DNA from: an uncultured Bacillota bacterium
GTDB taxonomy: Bacteria > Sysuimicrobiota > Sysuimicrobiia > Sysuimicrobiales > Segetimicrobiaceae
DNA length: 64,000 nucleotides
Reading direction: 5' to 3'
Assembly (NCBI GenBank): GCA_963804645.1
Contig: CAWDRG010000005.1
Span: 1-64,000, forward strand
Under the pieces are notes generated by a model. It was not told the DNA's origin. It made no database searches and worked only from the letters and a program-made list of their open reading frames with translations. Shown piece by piece: positions 9,622 to 18,581 of the stretch. Each line of letters opens with the position of its first letter. Within the stretch, counting starts at the first letter, position 1. The translations under genes were made by a program, and so were the position numbers.

Positions 9622-10605
9622 ATGATCATCACGCGCAGCCCGCTGCGCATCTCGCTCGGCGGCGGCGGGACTGACCTGCCGTCGTACTATCGAGAACACG
9701 AAGGCTTCGTCATCGGCGGCGCGATCGACAAATACGTCTACCTGACCCTCCACCAGACGTTTGTCCCCGAGCTGATCATCAAGTACTCCAAGACCGAGCG
9801 CGTCCGCGCGCTCGAGGAGATCCAGCACCCGATCATCCGCGAGGCGCTGCGCCTGACGGAGGTCCCGATCGCGAGCCTGGAGCTCACGAGCATGGCCGAC
9901 ATCCCGGCGGGGACCGGCCTCGGGTCGTCCGGGGCCTTCACGACCGGCCTTCTGAAAGTGCTGCACACCTTCAAGAAGAACCTCGTGCACCCCGAAGAGC
10001 TGGCCGAGCAGGCGTGCCACATCGAGATCGACCTGCTCGGCGAACCGGTCGGCAAGCAGGACCAGTACGCCTCGGCGTACGGCGGCCTCACGTGCTTCCG
10101 GTTCCTCGCGGACGGCCGCGTCGACGCGCAGCCGCTGAAGCTCGACACCGACACGCTCTACAACCTCGAGGACAACCTGCTGCTGTTCTTCACCGGCTAC
10201 TCCCGGGCGGCGTCGGAGATCCTCCGCGACCAGGACACCCGCAGCCGGGGCCGCGACGCCACGATGCTCGAGGAGCTGCACCTGGTCAAGCGCCTCGGCC
10301 TGGAGAGCCGGGACGCGCTCGAGCAGGGCGATCTCGGGCGGTTCGCCGAGCTGATGAACGTCCACTGGGAGCACAAGCGGCGCCGCTCGCGCGGGATGTC
10401 GAACCCGTCGATCGACGAGTGGTACGCGCTCGGCGTGAGCCACGGGGCGCTCGGCGGCAAGCTGATCGGCGCCGGCGGCGGCGGCTTCCTGATGTTTTAC
10501 GCCGAGGACAAGGGCCGGCTCCGCCGCGCGATGCGGCAGGCAGGGCTGCCGGAAGTCCGGTTTCGCTTCGACTTCGAGGGCACGAAGATCATCGCGCAGT
10601 CGTGA
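9622..10605 (+). CDS. hddA: GHMP-family sugar-phosphate 1-kinase (HddA/LmbP-like)
   Basis: MIITRSPLRISLGGGGTD, PAGTGLGSSG, VGKQDQY, GGKLIGAGGGG. Confidence 0.88.
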   Translation: MIITRSPLRISLGGGGTDLPSYYREHEGFVIGGAIDKYVYLTLHQTFVPELIIKYSKTERVRALEEIQHPIIREALRLTEVPIASLELTSMADIPAGTGLGSSGAFTTGLLKVLHTFKKNLVHPEELAEQACHIEIDLLGEPVGKQDQYASAYGGLTCFRFLADGRVDAQPLKLDTDTLYNLEDNLLLFFTGYSRAASEILRDQDTRSRGRDATMLEELHLVKRLGLESRDALEQGDLGRFAELMNVHWEHKRRRSRGMSNPSIDEWYALGVSHGALGGKLIGAGGGGFLMFYAEDKGRLRRAMRQAGLPEVRFRFDFEGTKIIAQS

Positions 10606-10634
10606 CCGCGCGGGGCGGCGGCCGCCGCGCCGGG

Positions 10635-11234
10635 TCACGGCCCGGGCGTGATCCGCACGATGCCGCCCGCGCTCTCGACGTGCCGCCCGCAGGCCGCCCG
10701 CCCGATCTCGTCCAGGCTCGGGTAGCCGTGCGCGCCGGTAAACGCCTCGGCGTCGTCGATCAGGATGACGTGCCCGGGCACGCCGTGAGAGAGGATGAGC
10801 TGGAGCTCCCGCATCACGGGGGTGACCGCTTCGCCGTGCGCCGTGATCCCGCCGGAGGCGTGCGCATCCAGCCAGAACAAGCACGGCTCCGAGACCCGGG
10901 CCAGGATCGTCGGCAGCACGTCGGCGCTGTCGCCGCGGTACAGACGGACCTCCGGCGCGCGGCGGAACCGCCAGCGGGCCCAGTCGTAGAGGTCCTCGTC
11001 GAGCTCGATCGAGTACAGCTCCCGGAACGACGGACGCGCCGCCGCGAGCATGTCGCCGAGGTAGGTGCCGGTCTCGACCAGCACCTCGAGGCGGCCGCGC
11101 CGCGCGTACTCGAGGACGACGCGCTGCTTCGCCGCGTTCGCCGGCGACGGTCGAAGTTTCCGGAGCACGCTGCGCGCCAAGATCTGGGCGCGCCTGGCGG
11201 CCCTCACCGGCGCGCGCCCGCTGTGACGCCGCAC
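10635..11234 (-). CDS. Putative SAM-dependent methyltransferase-like protein (glycan modification); start uncertain
   Basis: VLVETGTYLGD, YSIELD, GDSADVL, LFWLDAH, ILIDDA. Confidence 0.7.
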   Translation of the reverse strand: MRRHSGRAPVRAARRAQILARSVLRKLRPSPANAAKQRVVLEYARRGRLEVLVETGTYLGDMLAAARPSFRELYSIELDEDLYDWARWRFRRAPEVRLYRGDSADVLPTILARVSEPCLFWLDAHASGGITAHGEAVTPVMRELQLILSHGVPGHVILIDDAEAFTGAHGYPSLDEIGRAACGRHVESAGGIVRITPGP

Positions 11235-11358
11235 CGCTCGAACCGACGCCTCGCGCTGATCACACTCACGACCGCGGGCGTTCGATGAACCGCCGCGATT
11301 TCCTGCCGCGCGCGCGCCGCTGGCCAGGCCGGGGGGCCTATGCGAGCGTGACGCTCTG

Positions 11359-12384
11359 ATGCGGATCCTCCTCGTCGACACGACGCAGTACCGGCCGACG
11401 ACGCCGCTGTTTCGGGACGCCGTCGTGGAACTGGGGCACACGCTGCGGTTCATCGACGAGGGCCCGTTCCTCGAGCCGCTGGAGCATTCGCTCGTCCACA
11501 AGATCGCCTACCGGCTGCGGCGCCGGCGGCCGCTGAGCTTCGGGCGCTTCAACCGCACGTTGCTCGACGAGGCGCGCGCGTTTCGCCCCGACGTGGCGCT
11601 GATCGTGAAGGGCACGTACGTCGCTCCCGACACGCTCGCCGCGATCAAGCGGGAGACCCGCGCCTACCTGATCAACTACATGACCGACGACCCGTTCAAC
11701 CCGGCGCACGCGTCGGCGGACCTCCTCGGCGCGATCCCCCAGTACGACCTGTACTGCTCGACGAAGCGCGCCATCCTCGGCGACCTGGACCGGGCCGGCT
11801 GCCTGCGCCCCGTGCACACGTGGTTTGCGTACAAGCCCGAGCTGCACTTTCCGGAAGCGCCCCTCTCCACGGACGAACGCGACCGGTTCGCCGCGGACGT
11901 GGCGTTCATCGGCGGCGCGGACGCCGACCGGCTCCCCTACGTGGAGGCGATCGCCGCGCTGCCCAACGTGACGCTCGCGCTCTACGGCGGCTACTGGCAG
12001 CGCCACGAGCGGTTTCGCGCGCGCGCCCGCGGCTTCGCGGTCGGCCGCGAGTACCGGCTCGCGCTCGGCGGCGCCCGCATCGCGCTGTGCCTGGTGCGCC
12101 GGGCGAACCGGGACGGACACGTGATGCGGACGTTTGAGATCCCGGCGTGCGGGGCGTTCATGCTCGCCGAGGACACCGACGAGCACCGCGAGCTGTTCAA
12201 AGGCGGCGCGGAGGCGGCGTTCTTCAACACCCCGGAAGAGCTCGCCGAGCAGGTGCGCTACTATCTCACCCGCGACGCCGCCCGCCGGCGGATCGCGGAC
12301 GCGGGACACCGGCGCGTGATCACCGGCGGGCATACGTACCGCAACCGGCTGGCCCAGATCCTCGCGCTGGTGCCCGCCCGCTAG
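11359..12384 (+). CDS. Glycosyltransferase, CgeB/Glyco_trans_1_2-like
   Basis: YMTDDP, DVAFIG, MRTFEIPACGAFML, HTYRNRL. Confidence 0.88.
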   Translation: MRILLVDTTQYRPTTPLFRDAVVELGHTLRFIDEGPFLEPLEHSLVHKIAYRLRRRRPLSFGRFNRTLLDEARAFRPDVALIVKGTYVAPDTLAAIKRETRAYLINYMTDDPFNPAHASADLLGAIPQYDLYCSTKRAILGDLDRAGCLRPVHTWFAYKPELHFPEAPLSTDERDRFAADVAFIGGADADRLPYVEAIAALPNVTLALYGGYWQRHERFRARARGFAVGREYRLALGGARIALCLVRRANRDGHVMRTFEIPACGAFMLAEDTDEHRELFKGGAEAAFFNTPEELAEQVRYYLTRDAARRRIADAGHRRVITGGHTYRNRLAQILALVPAR

Positions 12385-12388
12385 CAGA

Positions 12389-12417
12389 TTGACCTGGTTG
12401 ACAAAAGGTTTTATACT
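12389..12417 (+). promoter_or_regulatory. Sigma70-type promoter of the Xre/RES operon
   Basis: TTGACC (12389-12394), 17-nt spacer, TATACT (12412-12417); GGAG RBS at 12425; ATG at 12437. Confidence 0.8.
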
Positions 12418-12436
12418 GACAACTGGAGCAACTACG

Positions 12437-13045
12437 ATGGTCACCCGCGCAGCCCATCCGCACCGTAGCGCCGCGCTCGAGCGCGATGAGATCACGACCC
12501 TCATCGGCGAAGGCACGAAGGCGCTCGCCCTCGCCGTCGCGAACCTGGCGCGCCCGGTGCGCCACCGGCTCGTTCGGGACGGCGACGGCGCCCGCGTGCT
12601 CATCGAGGCCGCGCTGCACTCGACCGCGCTCCCCGCCGCGGCCAAACAGTCGCCGCTGCTCCCGGCGCTGCTGCGCGGGGCCGAGCAGCGGCAGACCCTG
12701 CTGCGGGCGGACGGCGGCAGCCTCTCGGGCGAGCAGACCGCGACCGCCCTCGGCGTCTCCCGTCAGGCCGTCGACAAGCAGCGCCAGCGGGGGCGCCTCC
12801 TGGCGGTCCGCGAGGGGGCCGCGTGGCGGTACCCGGCGTGGCAGCTCGCCGACGGCCGCGTGCTCCCGGGCCTGCCCGAGGTCCTCCGCGTCCTCCGCGG
12901 CCAGTCGCCGTGGACGGTCATGGCCTTTGTCCTGAGCCGGAACGCGCGCCTGGGATCGCGCCGTCCGCTGGATCTTCTCCGGCGCGGGAGCGCGGAGCCG
13001 GTTGTGAGGGCCGCGGAAGCCTACGGCGAGCATGGCGCGGCGTGA
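12437..13045 (+). CDS. Antitoxin, HTH plus Xre/MbcA/ParS-like C-terminus
   Basis: HTH ALGVSRQAVDK, YPAWQ, and C-terminal NARLGSRRPLDLL; overlaps the RES gene. Confidence 0.8.
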   Translation: MVTRAAHPHRSAALERDEITTLIGEGTKALALAVANLARPVRHRLVRDGDGARVLIEAALHSTALPAAAKQSPLLPALLRGAEQRQTLLRADGGSLSGEQTATALGVSRQAVDKQRQRGRLLAVREGAAWRYPAWQLADGRVLPGLPEVLRVLRGQSPWTVMAFVLSRNARLGSRRPLDLLRRGSAEPVVRAAEAYGEHGAA

Positions 13046-13631
13046 TCCGGCGCCGGCGAGCGGACCCCCCGGCAACCTCCACGCCCGCCCGCTCAAGCTG
13101 ACCACCACGGACCGCGCGTGGGTGCGCCTGCACCGGTGCCGCCTCGCCGCGGAGCACTTCGGCCGGGGGCGGCGCCACCGGTTCGACGCGCCGAACGCCG
13201 AATTCGGCGTCCTGTACGCGGGGCAGGACGAGGCGTGCGCGTTCGTCGAGGTCTTCGGCGATCCACTCGACGTACGGCTCCTCAGCCTCCACGTCCTCGA
13301 ACAGTACTGCCTGGCCGAGGTCCGCGTCACGCGGCCGCTGCGGCTTGTCGATCTCACCGGCCCCGGACTGCGGCAGCTCGGCGCCGACGCGCGCCTCACG
13401 GGCGGGGCCGACTACGCGTACTCGCGGCGGTGGGCGCTCGGGCTGTGGGGCCACCCCGACCGGCCGGACGGAATCCTCTACCGCTCGCGGCACGATCCGT
13501 CTCTCCTGGCCGTAGCGGTGCTTGACCGCGCCGGCCCCGCGCTGCGGACGACGCGCCGCCGCGCCCTCACGGAGGACCGCGCGGCGCTCGGAGCGCTGCT
13601 GGATCGCTATGGGTTCGGGCTGATCGACTGA
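13032..13631 (+). CDS. RES domain toxin (putative NAD+ phosphorylase)
   Basis: RFDAP..FGVLYAG, AFVEVF, DGILYRSRHD (R-E-S residues). Confidence 0.88.
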   Translation: MARRDPAPASGPPGNLHARPLKLTTTDRAWVRLHRCRLAAEHFGRGRRHRFDAPNAEFGVLYAGQDEACAFVEVFGDPLDVRLLSLHVLEQYCLAEVRVTRPLRLVDLTGPGLRQLGADARLTGGADYAYSRRWALGLWGHPDRPDGILYRSRHDPSLLAVAVLDRAGPALRTTRRRALTEDRAALGALLDRYGFGLID

Positions 13632-13728
13632 GCGCATCAGCGCCCTCGCGCACCGACCATGCGGCAGGACGCGGCCCGGTGCAGCCACTGGGACGGCGCG
13701 CCTCCACGGCGGCGGTCGCGCCGCTCGT

Positions 13729-14766
13729 CTATCGCAGCGAGGCGTTGAACTCTTCGAGGGCCGCGGTGCCCGGGCAGAGCGCGTCGTCCCGAAGACCGTT
13801 CAACGGCTCGTCGACGGTCTCGAGATGCGCGTGCAGGTCCTGCGCGTCGGGCGCCACATACAAGAGGCCGGTCACGGTGGCGCCCTCGGCGCCGTGGCGG
13901 GCGAGGTAATCCATCACGGCGAGGCGGTCGTGCACGTCGTACCCCGGCACGAGCGGCTCCACCCGAGCCACGAGCGCGCCATTCCCACCGTCGGGCTCCG
14001 CGCCGTCCGCGGTCCGCGGGGGGCGGTCGAATTCGATCCGGGTGACCGCGTGATCGTGCCCGCGCACGTAATCGAAGCTCTTCGTGGACCCCTCGTGGTT
14101 GTTGAACGCCACGCAGGGCGAGATGCAGTCGATGAACGCCGCCCCGGGATGCAGCAGCGCGGCCTTGATGACGGGCACCAACTGCTCGCGGTCGCCGGAG
14201 AATCCGCGCGCCACGAACGTCGCCCCAAGCAGCAGCGCGAGCCCGATCAGGTCAACCGGCTCGTCGGTGTTAACGGCGCCGCGCCGGCTGGGCGAGCCGC
14301 GGTCGGCGGTGGCCGAGAACTGCCCGCGCGTGAGCCCATACACGCCGTTGTTCGCGACGAGGTACATCATGTGGACGCCGCGGCGCAGGCTGTGCGCGAA
14401 CTGGCCGAGCCCGATTGACGCCGAATCGCCGTCGCCGGAGATGCCGAGGTAGAGGAGCGAGCGGTTCGCGAGGTTCGCGCCCGTCAGCACCGACGGCATG
14501 CGGCCGTGCACGCTGTTAAACCCGTGGGACGCGCCGAGGAAATACGTGGGCATCTTCGACGAGCACCCGATTCCGGAGAGCTTCGCCAGCCGGTGCGGCG
14601 CCAGGTCGAGCTCGAAGCAGGCTTCGACGATCGCCGCGCTGATCGCGTCGTGCCCGCACCCGGCGCAGAGGGTCGACACGGCCCCCTCGTAGTCGCGCCG
14701 CGTGTAGCCGAGCGCGTTGACCGGCGCATCGGGATGGTGCAGGCGGGGCTTCGCGAGATACGTCAT
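13729..14766 (-). CDS. korB: 2-oxoacid:ferredoxin oxidoreductase beta subunit
   Basis: LCAGCGHD, SGIGCSS, HGR, GDGD...NNGVYGLT TPP motif, SPCVAFN. Confidence 0.92.
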   Translation of the reverse strand: MTYLAKPRLHHPDAPVNALGYTRRDYEGAVSTLCAGCGHDAISAAIVEACFELDLAPHRLAKLSGIGCSSKMPTYFLGASHGFNSVHGRMPSVLTGANLANRSLLYLGISGDGDSASIGLGQFAHSLRRGVHMMYLVANNGVYGLTRGQFSATADRGSPSRRGAVNTDEPVDLIGLALLLGATFVARGFSGDREQLVPVIKAALLHPGAAFIDCISPCVAFNNHEGSTKSFDYVRGHDHAVTRIEFDRPPRTADGAEPDGGNGALVARVEPLVPGYDVHDRLAVMDYLARHGAEGATVTGLLYVAPDAQDLHAHLETVDEPLNGLRDDALCPGTAALEEFNASLR

Positions 14767-16595
14767 CGCACAACCTCCTGCCGTCGGTCGCCCGGCGTCG
14801 CGGCGGCCAGCCGGTGCTCGATCGCGTCCGCGATGAACCGGGCGGTGATCGGCGTGCCGTCATAGTGTAGCACGGGCACGAGGCGCTCGGCCTCCACCCC
14901 GGACTCGATCGCCAGCAGCGACCGGACCTGCGCATCGCGATTCTGCTCGACGACAAACACGCGCGCGTGGGCGCCCACGAACTCTCCCACCCGATCGCTG
15001 AACGGGAACGCCCGGAGCCGCAGCGCGTCGAGATCGACGCCGCGGCGCTCGAGCAGATCGAGCGCCTCGTACATCGCCGGCGCGGTGGAGCCGAAGTACA
15101 CGACCCCGAGGTCGGTCGGGCGCCGCGCCGGCCGGACGACCGGCGCCGGGACGAGCCCCTTCGCGGTCTCGAACTTTCGCACGAGGCGCTCCATGTTCTC
15201 GACGTACGCCGCGCCGTCCTCCGTATACCGGGCCATCGCGTCCTTCGAGGTCCCGCGGGTGAAGAACGCTCCGCGCGCGGCGTGCGTCCCCGGGTAGGTG
15301 CGGTACGGGATGCCGTCGCCGTCGACGTCGAGGTACCGGCCGAATCGCGCGCCCTTGTCCAGCGCCTCCGCGGTCATCACCTTGCCCCGGTCAAACCGCC
15401 GGCACCCGTCCCACGTGAGCGGCGCGGAGAGCCACTCGTTCATCCCGATGTCGAGATCCATCATCACGAACACCGGCGTCTGCAGCCGGTCCGCGAGGTC
15501 GAACGCCAGCGCCCCGAACTCGAACGCTTCGTGGGGATCCTCGGGAAACAGCAGGACGTGCTTCGTGTCGCCGTGCGAGGCGTACGCGCACGCCAGCACG
15601 TCGCACTGTTGGGTCCGGGTCGGCATGCCGGTCGACGGCCCCGCGCGCTGCACGTCGAAGATGACGGCCGGGATCTCGGCAAAGTACGCGAGGCCGAGGA
15701 ACTCCTGCATCAGCGAGATGCCGGGGCCCGACGTCGCGGTGAACGCGCGCGCCCCGCTCCACCCGGCCCCGATCACGATCCCGAGCGATGCGAGCTCATC
15801 CTCCGCCTGCACGATGGCGTACCGGTGCTTCTTCGTCGCCGGGTCGACGCGGTAGCGCCGGCACAGGCGCCCGAACGCGTCCGGGATCCCGGACGACGGC
15901 GTGATCGGGTACCACGCCGCGACGGTCGCGCCGCCGTACACGCAGCCGAGCGCCGCCGCGGTGTTGCCCTCAAGCAGGACGCGGTCGCCGACGGCGTCCG
16001 CCCGGGCGACCCGCAGCGGCAGCGGGCACGGCAGGTGCGCGAGCGCGTACTCGCGGCCGAGCTGGAGCGCGCGCACGTTGGGCGCCACGAGCGACGCCTT
16101 GCCGCGGAACTGCTCGGACAGCAGGCCCTCGAGCGCCGCGACGTCGAGGTCCAGCAGCGCCGACAGCGCGCCGACGTAGGCGATGTTGCGGAACAGCTGG
16201 CGCTGGCGCGGGTCGTCGAACGCCTCGTTGCACAGGGCGGTCAGGGGAACGCCGAGGATCGTCAGATCGTCGCGCTGGGTCGAGCGCGGCAGCGGCTTGG
16301 TCGAGTCGAACAGCAGGTAGCCGCCGGCCGCCAGCCCGGCGACGTCGTGGTCCCAGGTCTCCGGATTCATCGCGACGAGCAGATCGACGCCGCCGCGGCA
16401 GCCGAGGTAGCCGGCCTCGGAGACGCGGACCTCGAACCACGTCGGCATCCCCTGGATGTTCGACGGAAAGATGTTGCGCGCGCTCACCGGCACGCCCATG
16501 CGGAGCACGCTCCGCGCGAACAGGCGGTTCGCGCTCGCCGAGCCGGACCCGTTCACCGTCGCGAACTGGACGACAAAATCGTTCACGCCGCTCAT
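14763..16595 (-). CDS. korA: 2-oxoacid:acceptor oxidoreductase alpha subunit (fused gamma-alpha)
   Basis: Start MSGVNDFVVQFATVNGSGS; WYPITPS, QAEDE, TATSGPG, QRAGPSTGMPT. Confidence 0.92.
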   Translation of the reverse strand: MSGVNDFVVQFATVNGSGSASANRLFARSVLRMGVPVSARNIFPSNIQGMPTWFEVRVSEAGYLGCRGGVDLLVAMNPETWDHDVAGLAAGGYLLFDSTKPLPRSTQRDDLTILGVPLTALCNEAFDDPRQRQLFRNIAYVGALSALLDLDVAALEGLLSEQFRGKASLVAPNVRALQLGREYALAHLPCPLPLRVARADAVGDRVLLEGNTAAALGCVYGGATVAAWYPITPSSGIPDAFGRLCRRYRVDPATKKHRYAIVQAEDELASLGIVIGAGWSGARAFTATSGPGISLMQEFLGLAYFAEIPAVIFDVQRAGPSTGMPTRTQQCDVLACAYASHGDTKHVLLFPEDPHEAFEFGALAFDLADRLQTPVFVMMDLDIGMNEWLSAPLTWDGCRRFDRGKVMTAEALDKGARFGRYLDVDGDGIPYRTYPGTHAARGAFFTRGTSKDAMARYTEDGAAYVENMERLVRKFETAKGLVPAPVVRPARRPTDLGVVYFGSTAPAMYEALDLLERRGVDLDALRLRAFPFSDRVGEFVGAHARVFVVEQNRDAQVRSLLAIESGVEAERLVPVLHYDGTPITARFIADAIEHRLAAATPGDRRQEVVR

Positions 16596-18376
16596 CGGCG
16601 GGCCTCCACGGAGACGGCGTACCGCAGCTCCAGCAGAAACTTCTGCATGTCCCACGCCCCGGTGGGACAGCGCTCGGCGCAGAGACCGCAGTGGAGGCAC
16701 ACGTCCTCGTCCTTCACCATGACGCGCCCGGTCCGCAGCCCTTCCGAGACGTACAGCGCCTGGTCCGTGTTGTGCGCGGGCGCGCGGAGCCGCGTGCGCA
16801 GGTCGGCTTCCGGGCCGTTCGCGGTAAAGGTGATGCAGTCCATCGGGCAGATGTCGACGCACGCGTCGCACTCGATGCACCGGGGCCCGGCGAACACCGT
16901 CTGCACGTCGCAGTTCAGGCACCGTTCGGCTTCTAGAAGCGCCAGGCGCTCGTCGAAACCGAGCTCGACCTCGACGGCCACGCTGGTCAGCGCCTTCCCG
17001 CCGTACCGCCAGGGCACCGGCTGCCGGCCGTCCAGCGACACGGCGTTCTCATACTGCCACTCGTGAATGCCCATCTTCTGGCCGACGAGGGTGGCCGTCT
17101 GCGCGGGCCGGTCGTGCGCGTCGCGGCCCTCGCAGCGCAGGTGGATCGAGATCGCGGCTTCATGGGCGTGGGCGACCGCCCAGATGATGTTCTTCGGGCC
17201 GAACGCGGCGTCGCCGCCGAAGTAGACGCCCGGGCGCGTGGATTCGAGGGTCACCGGGTCGAGCGTGGGCAGGCCGCCCTCGAAGTCGATGCCGGCGTCG
17301 CGCTCGATCCACGGGAACGCGTTCTCCTGCCCGACCGCGATCAGCACGTCGTCGCAGGGGATGTGGACGGTCGGCTCGCCGGTCGGCACGAGGCGCCGGC
17401 GCCCCGCGGCATCGTACTCGGCCTGCACGGGCTCGAAGACCACGCCGCTCAGCCGGCCCTCGTCGTGCGTGAACCGCGTCGGCACGAGGAAGTTCAGGAT
17501 CGGGATGTCCTCGCGCCTCGCGTCTTCCTTCTCCCACGGGGAGGCTTTCATCTCGTCGTAGCCGCTGCGGACGACGACCTGCACCTCCTCGCCGCCGAGG
17601 CGCCGCGCCGTGCGGCAGCAGTCCATGGCGGTGTTGCCGCCACCCAAGACGACGACGCGGCGGCCGATCCCGTGGATGTGGCCGAATGAGACGCTCGCCA
17701 GCCAATCGAGCCCGATGTGGATGTGCACGGCGGCCTCGCGCCGGCCGGGGATGTCAAGATCGCGCCCGCGCGGCGCCCCGGTCCCGACGAACACCGCGTC
17801 GTATCCCTCGTCGAGCAGCGCCCGCATGCTGTCGATGCGCTGCCCGAGACGGGTCTCTACGCCCAGGTCGAGGATGTATCCGACCTCTTCGTCGATCGTC
17901 TCCTCGGGCAGCCGGAACCGGGGGATCTGGCTCCGGATCATGCCGCCGGCCTTCGCGTCGCCGTCGAACACGACGCAGTGGTAGCCGAGCGGCGCCAGGT
18001 CGCGGGCGACCGTCAGGGACGCCGGCCCCGCCCCCACCAGCGCCACTCGCCTGCCGTTCGGCGCCGACGCCGGCCGCGGGAGGCGCGACCGGATCTCGCC
18101 TTTGTGGTCCGCGGCGACGCGCTTGAGCCGGCAGATCGCGACCGGTTCGCCGTCGACCCGCACGCGCCGGCACGCCGGTTCGCACGGGCGGTCGCATGTG
18201 CGTCCGAGGATTCCTGGGAACACGTTAGACTCCCAGTTCAGCAGGTACGCGTCCGTGTAGCGCCCGGCGGCGATCAGGCGGATATATTCCGGCACCGCGG
18301 TGTGCGCGGGGCAGGCCCACTGGCAGTCGACCACCCGGTGAAAATAGTCGGGGCGGCGCGTGTCCGTCGGTTCCAC
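16592..18376 (-). CDS. GltD/NfnB-like FAD-dependent NAD(P)H oxidoreductase with C-terminal 2x[4Fe-4S] domain
   Basis: CQWACP/CDRPCEPAC clusters, GAGPA, GGGNTAMD, CIECDACVDICP and CLHCGLCAERCP. Confidence 0.9.
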   Translation of the reverse strand: MEPTDTRRPDYFHRVVDCQWACPAHTAVPEYIRLIAAGRYTDAYLLNWESNVFPGILGRTCDRPCEPACRRVRVDGEPVAICRLKRVAADHKGEIRSRLPRPASAPNGRRVALVGAGPASLTVARDLAPLGYHCVVFDGDAKAGGMIRSQIPRFRLPEETIDEEVGYILDLGVETRLGQRIDSMRALLDEGYDAVFVGTGAPRGRDLDIPGRREAAVHIHIGLDWLASVSFGHIHGIGRRVVVLGGGNTAMDCCRTARRLGGEEVQVVVRSGYDEMKASPWEKEDARREDIPILNFLVPTRFTHDEGRLSGVVFEPVQAEYDAAGRRRLVPTGEPTVHIPCDDVLIAVGQENAFPWIERDAGIDFEGGLPTLDPVTLESTRPGVYFGGDAAFGPKNIIWAVAHAHEAAISIHLRCEGRDAHDRPAQTATLVGQKMGIHEWQYENAVSLDGRQPVPWRYGGKALTSVAVEVELGFDERLALLEAERCLNCDVQTVFAGPRCIECDACVDICPMDCITFTANGPEADLRTRLRAPAHNTDQALYVSEGLRTGRVMVKDEDVCLHCGLCAERCPTGAWDMQKFLLELRYAVSVEARR

Positions 18377-18581
18377 GACGATCTCCCCTTCCGACCCGAG
18401 TCCGCGTCCCCCACGTCAGGGAGCCGCGCCCGTTGTGTTCGAGGTAGCGCGCTCCGGCGCGCCGAGGTCTTTACCGTCTAGGATAGGAAACTGCCCGGGG
18501 AACGCCATCGGGTGAGCGACCGATTCGCGTGCGCTCGATCTGGGACGACTCGGGGCCCGCACCGCGCCGCGGGCGCCGAGG

